Of a stretch of DNA of 25,196 nt, positions 8,044 through 15,766 are shown in pieces. The stretch spans positions 1 to 25,196 of IMG/VR virus record IMGVR_UViG_3300032312_001474; one strand, written 5' to 3'. Origin of the DNA: a virus (lineage: Duplodnaviria > Caudoviricetes). The notes under the pieces are model-generated. The model worked only from the letters and a program-made list of their open reading frames with translations. It was not told the DNA's origin and ran no database searches. Position numbers and translations under genes: made by a program. Each line of letters begins with the position of its first letter. Position 1 is the first letter of the stretch.

Positions 8044-9618
8044 TCAACGTAGCATAGAAATGAACGGGAAGGGTTCTATGATTTCTTCGCCGTGATCCCT
8101 CATGTGTGAGTCCAGTTCCACGTAATAGCTCTGCAACACCGTGAGCATGCGCACAGCCAGAATTGTGGCCATGATTAGATCGTCGGTTTCTCCAGGTTTG
8201 GCAGCATAACTTGTGCCGTGTGCCACAAAGTTTTTGAATTCAGAAATCAAACTTTTGCTGTTTACTTTCATTCTGCCAGATTCCACAAGATTTTTCAATT
8301 TGGCGCAGGCACTGAGTTTGGATTTGTTTGTGGTGTTGAAGCCCTTGCGTGTTCTACGTCCGTTTACTGCAGGACCTGACACATCACTCAGGAAATAGCC
8401 CGGTATGTTTTCTTCGCCCCATTCTGCAATCGAAATCAGCGCAGCTTCTCCAATGGTGTTGTTTTCCACTGAGTAATAGATGCTTTTCTCATCGTTCACA
8501 GTGTCATTGATGTGCCGGATCACATCCACCAGAATACGAATCTGTTCGGGGATTGGCGTTTTGTTGTGGCGCCATTCTCCTACTTGTCTTGTGGTTGTGG
8601 CTTCAAATATCTGAATGGCAGCAGGATCGCCACCAGTGCCCAGACTGGGATCCAGGGCCACCACATACACTTGATCCTTGCGTATGGGCTCATACCAGCG
8701 TACCTGGCCAGTTTTGTACATGGGATCAATGCCGTCGAGATCCAGCAGTTTGATAGGAGCAATTAGAGTCTCGTCGTTGATGATAAACTCGCAGCCAATC
8801 TCACGGCGGAATCGATCATCGCCCAGCTGTGCTCGCATGCTTTCGCCCCAGGCAGCATCACGATCAGGATGTTCCTCCCAGTAGCTGCGATAGGCCTTGA
8901 ATCCGTTGATGCCCAGTGCTGTGGGATTGCCGTATTCATCTTCGGTCTTGTTGGCACCTTTCCAGATGTAGGCAAACTGATCCTCGTCGGAGTTGGGGGT
9001 GCTGGTGATAATTGCTTTACCACCTGTGGCCAGGGTAGGACTGATAGACGTCCAGAACTCCCGGGCAATGGTGGGCCGCACATAGGCAAACTCGTCGGCG
9101 TAGAGCAAGGTAATACTCATACCACGTCCGGTTGTTTCTGTTGTGGTGGCACTCACAATGCGACTGCCGTTTTCAAAGTCTATGGATCCTTTGTTGTAGC
9201 TGGTGACACCGGCTCGAATATGATCCGGGCACAGTTCATAGGCAAAGCGGATACGCTGCATGATTTCTTGAGCACCGGTGTATTTGTGTGCTGCTACCAG
9301 GATAGTTGAGTCCGGCACAAACATGGCATACCACAGCAGATAACCTGCAGCACTGGTAGACTTGCCAGTCTGTCGCGGCATCATGGAGATTGAGTAGCGA
9401 TTGTTGTGATAGGTATCAATCAGTTTGACCTGATACGCAAACGGATGATACAGCATTTTGCCCTGAGTGGGGTGCTGTATGTGAAAAAAGTGATCCATGA
9501 AGTAGTGCGGACCTGTCACAGGGTCAGCACACTTCAGAAACTCGTCCAGCTGTTGGTCTGTGAATGTTTGTCGACGATGGGGAGACTTGACCAGTACGGT
9601 CTCAAGTGGTTTTGCCAT
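8044..9618 (-). CDS. gp17: Terminase large subunit (T4 gp17-like)
   Basis: Walker A MPRQTGKS, Walker B LLYADEFA, coupling motif ITSTPN, FRREIGCEF, and RNase H-like nuclease residues ALDPS, VENN and DDL. Confidence 0.97.
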   Translation of the reverse strand: MAKPLETVLVKSPHRRQTFTDQQLDEFLKCADPVTGPHYFMDHFFHIQHPTQGKMLYHPFAYQVKLIDTYHNNRYSISMMPRQTGKSTSAAGYLLWYAMFVPDSTILVAAHKYTGAQEIMQRIRFAYELCPDHIRAGVTSYNKGSIDFENGSRIVSATTTETTGRGMSITLLYADEFAYVRPTIAREFWTSISPTLATGGKAIITSTPNSDEDQFAYIWKGANKTEDEYGNPTALGINGFKAYRSYWEEHPDRDAAWGESMRAQLGDDRFRREIGCEFIINDETLIAPIKLLDLDGIDPMYKTGQVRWYEPIRKDQVYVVALDPSLGTGGDPAAIQIFEATTTRQVGEWRHNKTPIPEQIRILVDVIRHINDTVNDEKSIYYSVENNTIGEAALISIAEWGEENIPGYFLSDVSGPAVNGRRTRKGFNTTNKSKLSACAKLKNLVESGRMKVNSKSLISEFKNFVAHGTSYAAKPGETDDLIMATILAVRMLTVLQSYYVELDSHMRDHGEEIIEPFPFISMLR

Positions 9619-9658
9619 GATCAAGTAGTTATCTTGAATCTAGCCACAATTGATTATA

Positions 9659-10096
9659 TTAATTGCACCAGGATGTTTTGGCTTCGCCGTAGTACTCACG
9701 AGCAAAACCGTTGGCAATCAACTGCTGACGCAGGCTGACACCGTTTAGGAGCACATCGCCCAGCACACGGCCACCATACTTGTCCCAGTCCATGAGCACA
9801 ATCTGTCTTTTTTGACTGTTGGCAATCATTTGTTTGGTAAAAGCTGAGGCTGCTTCACCACGCTGTGCTTCACTGGCACACTGCGCACGATGTCCTTTTT
9901 CAGGAGTGTCCACACCGTACACTCTGATGCTGAGTTCCTGTTTCAGTGGTGCCGGTAACCAAGTGGCTTGTATGCCCACTGTGTCACCGTCTATGACTCT
10001 GGTGATCACAGCGTCATAGGTCACGCCAGGTTTTTGACGGGGCTGTGCTAGTGCTAGACAAGGCACAATCAGCAAGAGTGCGAGTAGTTTTTTCAT
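9659..10096 (-). CDS. Thermonuclease (staphylococcal nuclease/SNase family) with N-terminal signal peptide
   Basis: RVIDGDT, IRVYGVDTPE, DKYGGRVLG and LIANGFA motifs. ATG 10096 gives MKKLLALLLIVPCLALA|Q. Confidence 0.9.
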   Translation of the reverse strand: MKKLLALLLIVPCLALAQPRQKPGVTYDAVITRVIDGDTVGIQATWLPAPLKQELSIRVYGVDTPEKGHRAQCASEAQRGEAASAFTKQMIANSQKRQIVLMDWDKYGGRVLGDVLLNGVSLRQQLIANGFAREYYGEAKTSWCN

Positions 10097-10106
10097 AGTA
10101 ATTTGT

Positions 10107-11033
10107 TTATGCTCCAACTGGTGTTACAGTGACAATGATACTTGGAGTTGCTGGATATCCAACTGAGACATTTGCTGGCAAGGCCGGGAAGCTAAAAACA
10201 TTTGCACTGGCAGCATAGGCTATTTCAAAATAGTCGCCTGCGGTGGCCACATTGGCAAGAATATTCCAACTTTGAACCACTTGAAGGTTTTGATCTAATG
10301 TAACAAATCCTGTAGTGGATGGAATGGCTGTGCCATTTTTCTTGAACCATATGGATGCTGAAGCAGTGGTACCACCACCCAGAGCCTTGTCAACTTGTGC
10401 GCTGAACTGAATATTGTAAAGCCCAGCTTGATTGATTATGACACGACTATTGCTGGCGCCTGTTCCCAATGACACATTGCTGGCCAGGTCAATGTTGTTG
10501 AATGCAAAACGATATTCAGTGTTGGGACTGGCTACAGTTTGTGAGATATTGCTATAAAATTGTCCGTAGGCTGGAGTTGTAGTAGTTACAGTAGTCCAAC
10601 TTAGATTACCAGTACCATCAGTGGTCAACGATTGTCCTGCGCTGCCGCCGGTAATTTTGACATTGGCATTTGAACTTAAATTACTAATGCCAGATATGGT
10701 TAGATTGCCACCAGCAACGTTGCCCACAACACTAATACCTGTGCCCGATACTGTTACATTGGCTGTGCCACCAAACAGGTTGCCGCCAGAGTTGTATTGA
10801 ATAGCTCCTACTGGCCCGGCTGGTTCACTATTGCCAGAACCTCCACCTATTACTAATAAATTCAAGTTGCCATTGGTGTTGCCAATGTACACATCGTTGT
10901 TTAGAAGATTGACTACAATTTCACCTGGTCTAGCGTTGCCGTTGTAGTTGGTAATGCTCTCTTGAGCATTGTCTTTCATTACCGTGCGGCTTATGCCGGT
11001 AATGTTGTCATATGGTGGTGGTGGATTGGCCAT
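10107..11033 (-). CDS. Fibre/decoration-like structural protein with C-terminal C1q/BclA-CTD-like domain
   Basis: G/N/T-rich shaft (GAIQYNSGG, GQSLTTDGTGNLSW typical of phage fibres) followed by AYGQFYS...SRVIINQAGLYNIQFSAQV...GDYFEI. Confidence 0.65.
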   Translation of the reverse strand: MANPPPPYDNITGISRTVMKDNAQESITNYNGNARPGEIVVNLLNNDVYIGNTNGNLNLLVIGGGSGNSEPAGPVGAIQYNSGGNLFGGTANVTVSGTGISVVGNVAGGNLTISGISNLSSNANVKITGGSAGQSLTTDGTGNLSWTTVTTTTPAYGQFYSNISQTVASPNTEYRFAFNNIDLASNVSLGTGASNSRVIINQAGLYNIQFSAQVDKALGGGTTASASIWFKKNGTAIPSTTGFVTLDQNLQVVQSWNILANVATAGDYFEIAYAASANVFSFPALPANVSVGYPATPSIIVTVTPVGA

Positions 11034-11036
11034 GAT

Positions 11037-11063
11037 CTAAATATTCCCAGTTGGAGTATTTAG
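11037..11063 (-). promoter_or_regulatory. Inverted repeat containing a TAAATA late-promoter-like box, abutting the start codon at 11033
   Basis: CTAAATATTCC-cagtt-GGAGTATTTAG: 11-bp arms with one mismatch. Confidence 0.65.
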
Positions 11064-11075
11064 CAAAAAAATTGA

Positions 11076-11459
11076 TTAGCGAGGGTAGCCCCGGAAGGCG
11101 TTGACCGGGCTGACATGATTTACCAGACTGGGCTCTAGGCTGTCGGGTGTGCTTACTTGAACTTTTTCAACAGGCAAGCCGGCCATTTTCAATGCCTGAT
11201 CAATCACTGGTTCTATTGCAGAATTAAACCCAGCCACGACTGCATGCTCGCCAAATGCTGCCTCTGCTGACCAGGTAGGCATGTTGGGTATTTTGTCTGC
11301 GCCAGCATCGCTTCTGGCACGAGCCATGGCCACACCAAATCTATATATTTGGTATGGGTCGCTGGAATTCACACCAGGCAACACAAACACATGGTTCATG
11401 GGATCTGCCTGCTCCGGCGGCAGAGTTTTTCCCTCAATAACAAACTCTCTAGCTCTCAT
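11076..11459 (-). CDS. Hypothetical protein (paralogue of 11456-11830), candidate internal head protein
   Basis: Starts MRAREFVIE, ends VNHVSPVNAFRGYPR. Confidence 0.8.
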   Translation of the reverse strand: MRAREFVIEGKTLPPEQADPMNHVFVLPGVNSSDPYQIYRFGVAMARARSDAGADKIPNMPTWSAEAAFGEHAVVAGFNSAIEPVIDQALKMAGLPVEKVQVSTPDSLEPSLVNHVSPVNAFRGYPR

Positions 11460-11830
11460 CTTGGGTATCCCCGGAATCCTACCACAGGACTGGCAACATT
11501 CACACCCGGATGCTCGCCACTTTCCATGTCGCCTTTGTTGGTATCAGTCCAGGCAGCGCCAGCAGCCTTGTAGGCCTGCTTGAGCATGTTTTGCTCTATC
11601 TCGGTATAAGGATGTGCTGTTTTTTCTTTGCCGGACCAGCTGGTGTAATCCATCTTGATTGGTTTGTCTGAGCCATCGGCCATGGCCACTGCCATCATCA
11701 CACGATTGAGAGTGTAGTCGCTGTTGGCTCTTTCACTGTCGTGAAACGTGTTGAGTCCCACTGTGGCAGCTTGATTGCGAGTGCTGATTTTTCCTGCGCG
11801 GGTCTCAGTCACAAACTCTCGGGCTCTCAT
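11456..11830 (-). CDS. Hypothetical protein (paralogue of 11076-11459), candidate internal head protein
   Basis: Starts MRAREFVTE, ends VNVASPVVGFRGYPR; ATGA overlap with the next gene. Confidence 0.8.
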   Translation of the reverse strand: MRAREFVTETRAGKISTRNQAATVGLNTFHDSERANSDYTLNRVMMAVAMADGSDKPIKMDYTSWSGKEKTAHPYTEIEQNMLKQAYKAAGAAWTDTNKGDMESGEHPGVNVASPVVGFRGYPR

Positions 11831-11836
11831 TGAGTA

Positions 11837-12166
11837 TTACCTGCTGATGCCGTTGACACCTGCTGTGGCAGATGAGGCAGTGCCCAGTGCGGTGGCAGTG
11901 AATCCTGTGCCTGTGATGATATTGAGGTAATTTCCTGCACCCACGTAATACTGCTGAACTGCGTTGCCAGGAACCTGTACAGCATTGGCGTACAAGTTGC
12001 CTGTGGCCGTGGTCATGGTGGCGTTTGCTGGAACACCATTGGCCTGCACATAGGTCAATTGCACCACACTCACTTGAAAAGTCACATTGGCAGTGGTGGT
12101 GGCAATTTCCACTTTGTCTGTGGTCCAGGCTGTATTGCTCACAGCGTTTACAACTTGAATGGCCAT
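11837..12166 (-). CDS. Small Thr/Ala/Asn-rich hypothetical protein, probable virion protein
   Basis: 109 aa, nearly uncharged, beta-rich composition; AAGGA SD; coupled to the upstream ORF. Confidence 0.75.
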   Translation of the reverse strand: MAIQVVNAVSNTAWTTDKVEIATTTANVTFQVSVVQLTYVQANGVPANATMTTATGNLYANAVQVPGNAVQQYYVGAGNYLNIITGTGFTATALGTASSATAGVNGISR

Positions 12167-12345
12167 TATTTGTTATCCTTGTTTAGATCTGCAACATTCA
12201 CCGGCTGGAACAAATTTGTGGTCTGGCTCAGCACACCAGGAATAAACGCCGGTTGGTTGCGCACCTCTGCAGGTGTAGGAGCAGGCGGATGCCGTTCAGC
12301 TAGCCTGTTCATGGTTTCTGCATAGGTTTGGAATTGTGGTGTCAT
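12166..12345 (-). CDS. Small hypothetical protein
   Basis: 59 aa from ATG 12345 (MTPQFQTYAE...); fills the gap between its neighbours. Confidence 0.6.
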   Translation of the reverse strand: MTPQFQTYAETMNRLAERHPPAPTPAEVRNQPAFIPGVLSQTTNLFQPVNVADLNKDNK

Positions 12346-12349
12346 ACTG

Positions 12350-15133
12350 TTACCTGAGTCCAGCAATTTCCATCATGCGGCGCAGTTCATGATCACCTTC
12401 GTATCCCATGCGGTCATCCTGCCCGTTGATCACAGGTGTTGTGGTTTGACCAGTTGACTTGGGTTTGTTCAGACCACCTGAGTACATCATGGCATTGTCT
12501 GTGCCTTCTTCGTCTGTGGGGTAGTCTGGATGATTCTGTGTGGCATTGGTGTCGCCATAGGCTTCATCCATGGTTTCATCGTTGCAGCCGCAGTCACTTG
12601 ATCCGCATGCAGAGCAAACTTCAGAGTCATGGTCGCTGTGAAACTCATTGCTGAGTTCTGCAGCCAAGGCATCTGTGTTGTCATCAAGGTCCAAAACTTG
12701 AATTTCGTCTGGTTGCATCACATCGTTGTCCATGTGCGGCATGTGGTCGTTGTCGCTGCCCATGCCTGCCATTCTAAGCATGCTGGCCAATGCCACAGCA
12801 TCATCGTCTGTGGCTGTGACTGTGAGGCTCTGACGTGGGCCGCCGTTGTCGTCGTTGTTGATGCTCATGTTGATATTCATGCTTTCGGAGATCATGTTTT
12901 CCAACTGACGATTTAGACTGTCATAGATGCCTTTGCCGTAGCTCATGCCTTTGGCAGCTTTGGGAGCAGCACTGCTAGTGGCCACTGAACCAGAACTGGT
13001 TGTTTCTTCAACTTCTTTCTTTTTCTTTGGCAATCCCTTGGTGTCGGTCTTTGCAAACTTCTTGAGTTCTTTGGGTTTCATCTTGGCCATTTCAGCACTG
13101 GCAGACCCTGGTTCGGCCTTTGCTTCGCCTTTTTGCACACCTCTAGCAATACGAGCTGCAACGGCTTGATTTTTGCTCACAGCTTTTTCCGCAATGGGTT
13201 GTTCTTCGTCACGTTCTGCATGCTGTGTCAGCATGTAATCTCTAGCAGTGTCAATGTACTCTTTGGCCAGGGTAATTTTTTTCTGAACCCACTCTGGCAA
13301 GTTTTCATCGTCACGCAAGATACGGTGCAGTTCTTTGGCTGCACTCATGATGGTATGCATCTGTTCTTTGGCCATGTCGCCTTCTTGATCGTATTCGCCT
13401 TGATCTTCTGGATCCACATCATTTTCACCCACCATCTTGTGCTTGGTGACTTTGCCAGTGAATGGTTTTAGTTTGACCTTGTCTCCAAATGCGCTGAAGT
13501 CTGGTTTCATGACTTCGCCTGTGTCTGCTGATGCATTGTTCTTGGGACGACCACGGCCGCGTGTGGCCTGGCCGGCTGCCGCTGCGGCTTTTTTCTTGGC
13601 AGCCAGAGCCCTGGCATCATCCTGGTCGCCATCATATTCAGTGCCGTATGTGCCTTTGTGGCGATATACTTTGCCTTCAACTTCATCAACTTTTTTGGTG
13701 TTGCCACCCCGGAGTGCTGACTTCATGGCTTCAGCTGCAACGTCACCCAGCATTTCGTCGACTTCTTTTTTGGCACCAACAATCTTGTCAGCAAAAGTGA
13801 TCTTGTCCACAGGAGGTGCCAGTTTGGCAAATGATTTTTGTTTGGCGGTCTTTGGAATACCGCCAACTTCGCCTAGTGCTGCACTTGCTCCTGCTTTCTT
13901 TAGATCAGCACCTGTTGCTCTCATTCCCGGTACTGAGGTTGTTGCTGTTGCCGCAATTCCGGATTTTTGTGGTGCACCGCTTATGGCTGTTTCTTTCATC
14001 TCATATTGAGGTAGCAACTTTTCTAACTCAGAATAAAATCGATCGAATGCAAGCATAGTGCCGCCGGCTCTGTTACTAGCTGCTTGTCGTTCATCTATTA
14101 GTTTAGTGTATTCATTTCTAAAATCTCTGTTGGTTTTAGATAGTGCCTGAGCACGTTGATCTAAATCTGCTTTTCTAGCACGATCTTGTTGAAACGGTGC
14201 ATTCATACTTGAAACTGTTTGTTCTTTCATTGCAGGATTGGTTGGTCCAGGAGTAGCAGGACTCCAACGCTTGCCTTTGTTTGGACCCGCGGTCACCACA
14301 GGATACTGACCATCTTTGCCTTTTGGAGGAGGTGCAGTGGCGCCGTCTATGTCACTAGGAGCACTGGTTTCTCTCACTGGATATGTTCGGCCATCAACTT
14401 TGAATTTGTTTTGACCAGCCTTGATGGCCTTGTCACGGTTGCCGCTGAATTCGTTGCCTTCATCGGTCATGTCCTGGCTTTCATCATATTTGTCATAACG
14501 ATTGCGAATCTTGTCCATGGTGCTGTCGCTGGCATTATCTCTTCCAGCTTTTTGCAGGGCCTTCATGCCTTGGGCGCCGTATTTCTTTTTGCCAAAGGCA
14601 GCTTGCAATGCTGACTCGTCCATGCCAGCACTTTCACGTTCCATGCGGCTTGCATACTCATCTCTCATGCGTTCTTTTTTATCTTTCAATGCTTGTAGAC
14701 GCTTCTTGGCTGATTCATCGCCGGCAGCAGCTTTCTTTTTAAGATTGGCCATATGGCTTGCTTCCAGACTTCTGCGATGTTCAGCATCAACACTGTTGGG
14801 GTTGTATGCTTCTTCTACGTCTTTTTCTCCAAGAAAGCCCATGCCTTCTTTGGTTGAGTGACGCAGTTTGTTCAACACAGCACCTGCCACACGCTTGCCA
14901 GCTTCTGCACTGCCATAACGCTTGGCTGCACCAGCAGCAATCTTGTCAAAGTTCTTGCCTGGCTTGCCAATGTCTTTGCCAGCAGCGGCCTTGACAGCAG
15001 AGTAATCACCTGTTGCTCGTTCGTTGAGAACCTGAGCCAGTGGACTGGCCTGCTCATTGAGCGGTTGATTTTTAACTTCTGGTGTGGCACGGATGCCGTC
15101 TAGTTTTTTGTTTAGGTCGTAAAAGAAACTCAT
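12350..15133 (-). CDS. Large modular, highly charged protein; probable prohead core/internal protein
   Basis: 927 aa with a GAGGA SD. Alternating K/A-rich and D/E-rich modules separated by LNE/VEE/MDE/MKE/VDE/IAE/ISE; RGRGRPK AT-hook-like motif; C-terminus ELRRMMEIAGLR. Confidence 0.8.
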   Translation of the reverse strand: MSFFYDLNKKLDGIRATPEVKNQPLNEQASPLAQVLNERATGDYSAVKAAAGKDIGKPGKNFDKIAAGAAKRYGSAEAGKRVAGAVLNKLRHSTKEGMGFLGEKDVEEAYNPNSVDAEHRRSLEASHMANLKKKAAAGDESAKKRLQALKDKKERMRDEYASRMERESAGMDESALQAAFGKKKYGAQGMKALQKAGRDNASDSTMDKIRNRYDKYDESQDMTDEGNEFSGNRDKAIKAGQNKFKVDGRTYPVRETSAPSDIDGATAPPPKGKDGQYPVVTAGPNKGKRWSPATPGPTNPAMKEQTVSSMNAPFQQDRARKADLDQRAQALSKTNRDFRNEYTKLIDERQAASNRAGGTMLAFDRFYSELEKLLPQYEMKETAISGAPQKSGIAATATTSVPGMRATGADLKKAGASAALGEVGGIPKTAKQKSFAKLAPPVDKITFADKIVGAKKEVDEMLGDVAAEAMKSALRGGNTKKVDEVEGKVYRHKGTYGTEYDGDQDDARALAAKKKAAAAAGQATRGRGRPKNNASADTGEVMKPDFSAFGDKVKLKPFTGKVTKHKMVGENDVDPEDQGEYDQEGDMAKEQMHTIMSAAKELHRILRDDENLPEWVQKKITLAKEYIDTARDYMLTQHAERDEEQPIAEKAVSKNQAVAARIARGVQKGEAKAEPGSASAEMAKMKPKELKKFAKTDTKGLPKKKKEVEETTSSGSVATSSAAPKAAKGMSYGKGIYDSLNRQLENMISESMNINMSINNDDNGGPRQSLTVTATDDDAVALASMLRMAGMGSDNDHMPHMDNDVMQPDEIQVLDLDDNTDALAAELSNEFHSDHDSEVCSACGSSDCGCNDETMDEAYGDTNATQNHPDYPTDEEGTDNAMMYSGGLNKPKSTGQTTTPVINGQDDRMGYEGDHELRRMMEIAGLR

Positions 15134-15137
15134 TTTG

Positions 15138-15746
15138 TTATCCTCTTGTGTTGTAGCCAGTGGCTGGCCGGGGCTGACGTTTGATCCTGGTCATGGGGCT
15201 GGTATCGCCCTGTGGCAAATCATTTGTGGTTTTTGCAGGAGGAGTTTTACCACCAGCAATGGTGAAGTCGCTACGATATGCATTTTTCAACACTGCATGA
15301 TCATAAGGGCCTGTCGAGTAATCCTTTGACAAGGCACGCTGAGCTGCATCAGGCACAGGATAATCAGTGTCCTTGATTAGGTCTTTGTTCTGTGCTTCAA
15401 TGTCTGTGATCTCTTTGTCAATGCTGTCCATGTATGGCTGTGTGAGCAGGCGGATTCTGTTGGGGTTGAATCCCAGCAGCTGAGCCAGTTGTTGCACCTG
15501 CGGCTCAATGGCAGGGTATCTAAAACTCACATCAACCGACGTGACCATTTCGTTTTCTGCACCAGGAAAGTCCTTGAGCAGATGCTGTACTGGTGTGGTT
15601 TTTTTCTCTGACATTTTTGCAATGTCAAACTGCTTGAGCTTTTCTTTGAGATCTCCCATGAAGCCGGGAGGCACATCACCCAGGATCTTGATCCGGTAAT
15701 TGTATGTGCGTTCACTCTCAGAAAGATATTGATGAAATTTTTTCAT
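15138..15746 (-). CDS. Hypothetical protein, candidate head-associated protein
   Basis: 202 aa with N-terminus MKKFHQYLSE; TAAATA box and AGGA SD upstream. Confidence 0.8.
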   Translation of the reverse strand: MKKFHQYLSESERTYNYRIKILGDVPPGFMGDLKEKLKQFDIAKMSEKKTTPVQHLLKDFPGAENEMVTSVDVSFRYPAIEPQVQQLAQLLGFNPNRIRLLTQPYMDSIDKEITDIEAQNKDLIKDTDYPVPDAAQRALSKDYSTGPYDHAVLKNAYRSDFTIAGGKTPPAKTTNDLPQGDTSPMTRIKRQPRPATGYNTRG

Positions 15747-15766
15747 ATTAGAGTCCTATGTGATAT

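Noticed and set aside
1197-9618. Inteins or group I introns in uvsX or the large terminase
   Set aside because: Both ORFs are continuous and of ordinary length, with no intein splice motifs seen.
6610-12385. LAGL-like motifs as LAGLIDADG homing endonucleases
   Set aside because: The motifs are terminal or isolated, lack the IDADG/acidic continuation and have no following endonuclease domain.
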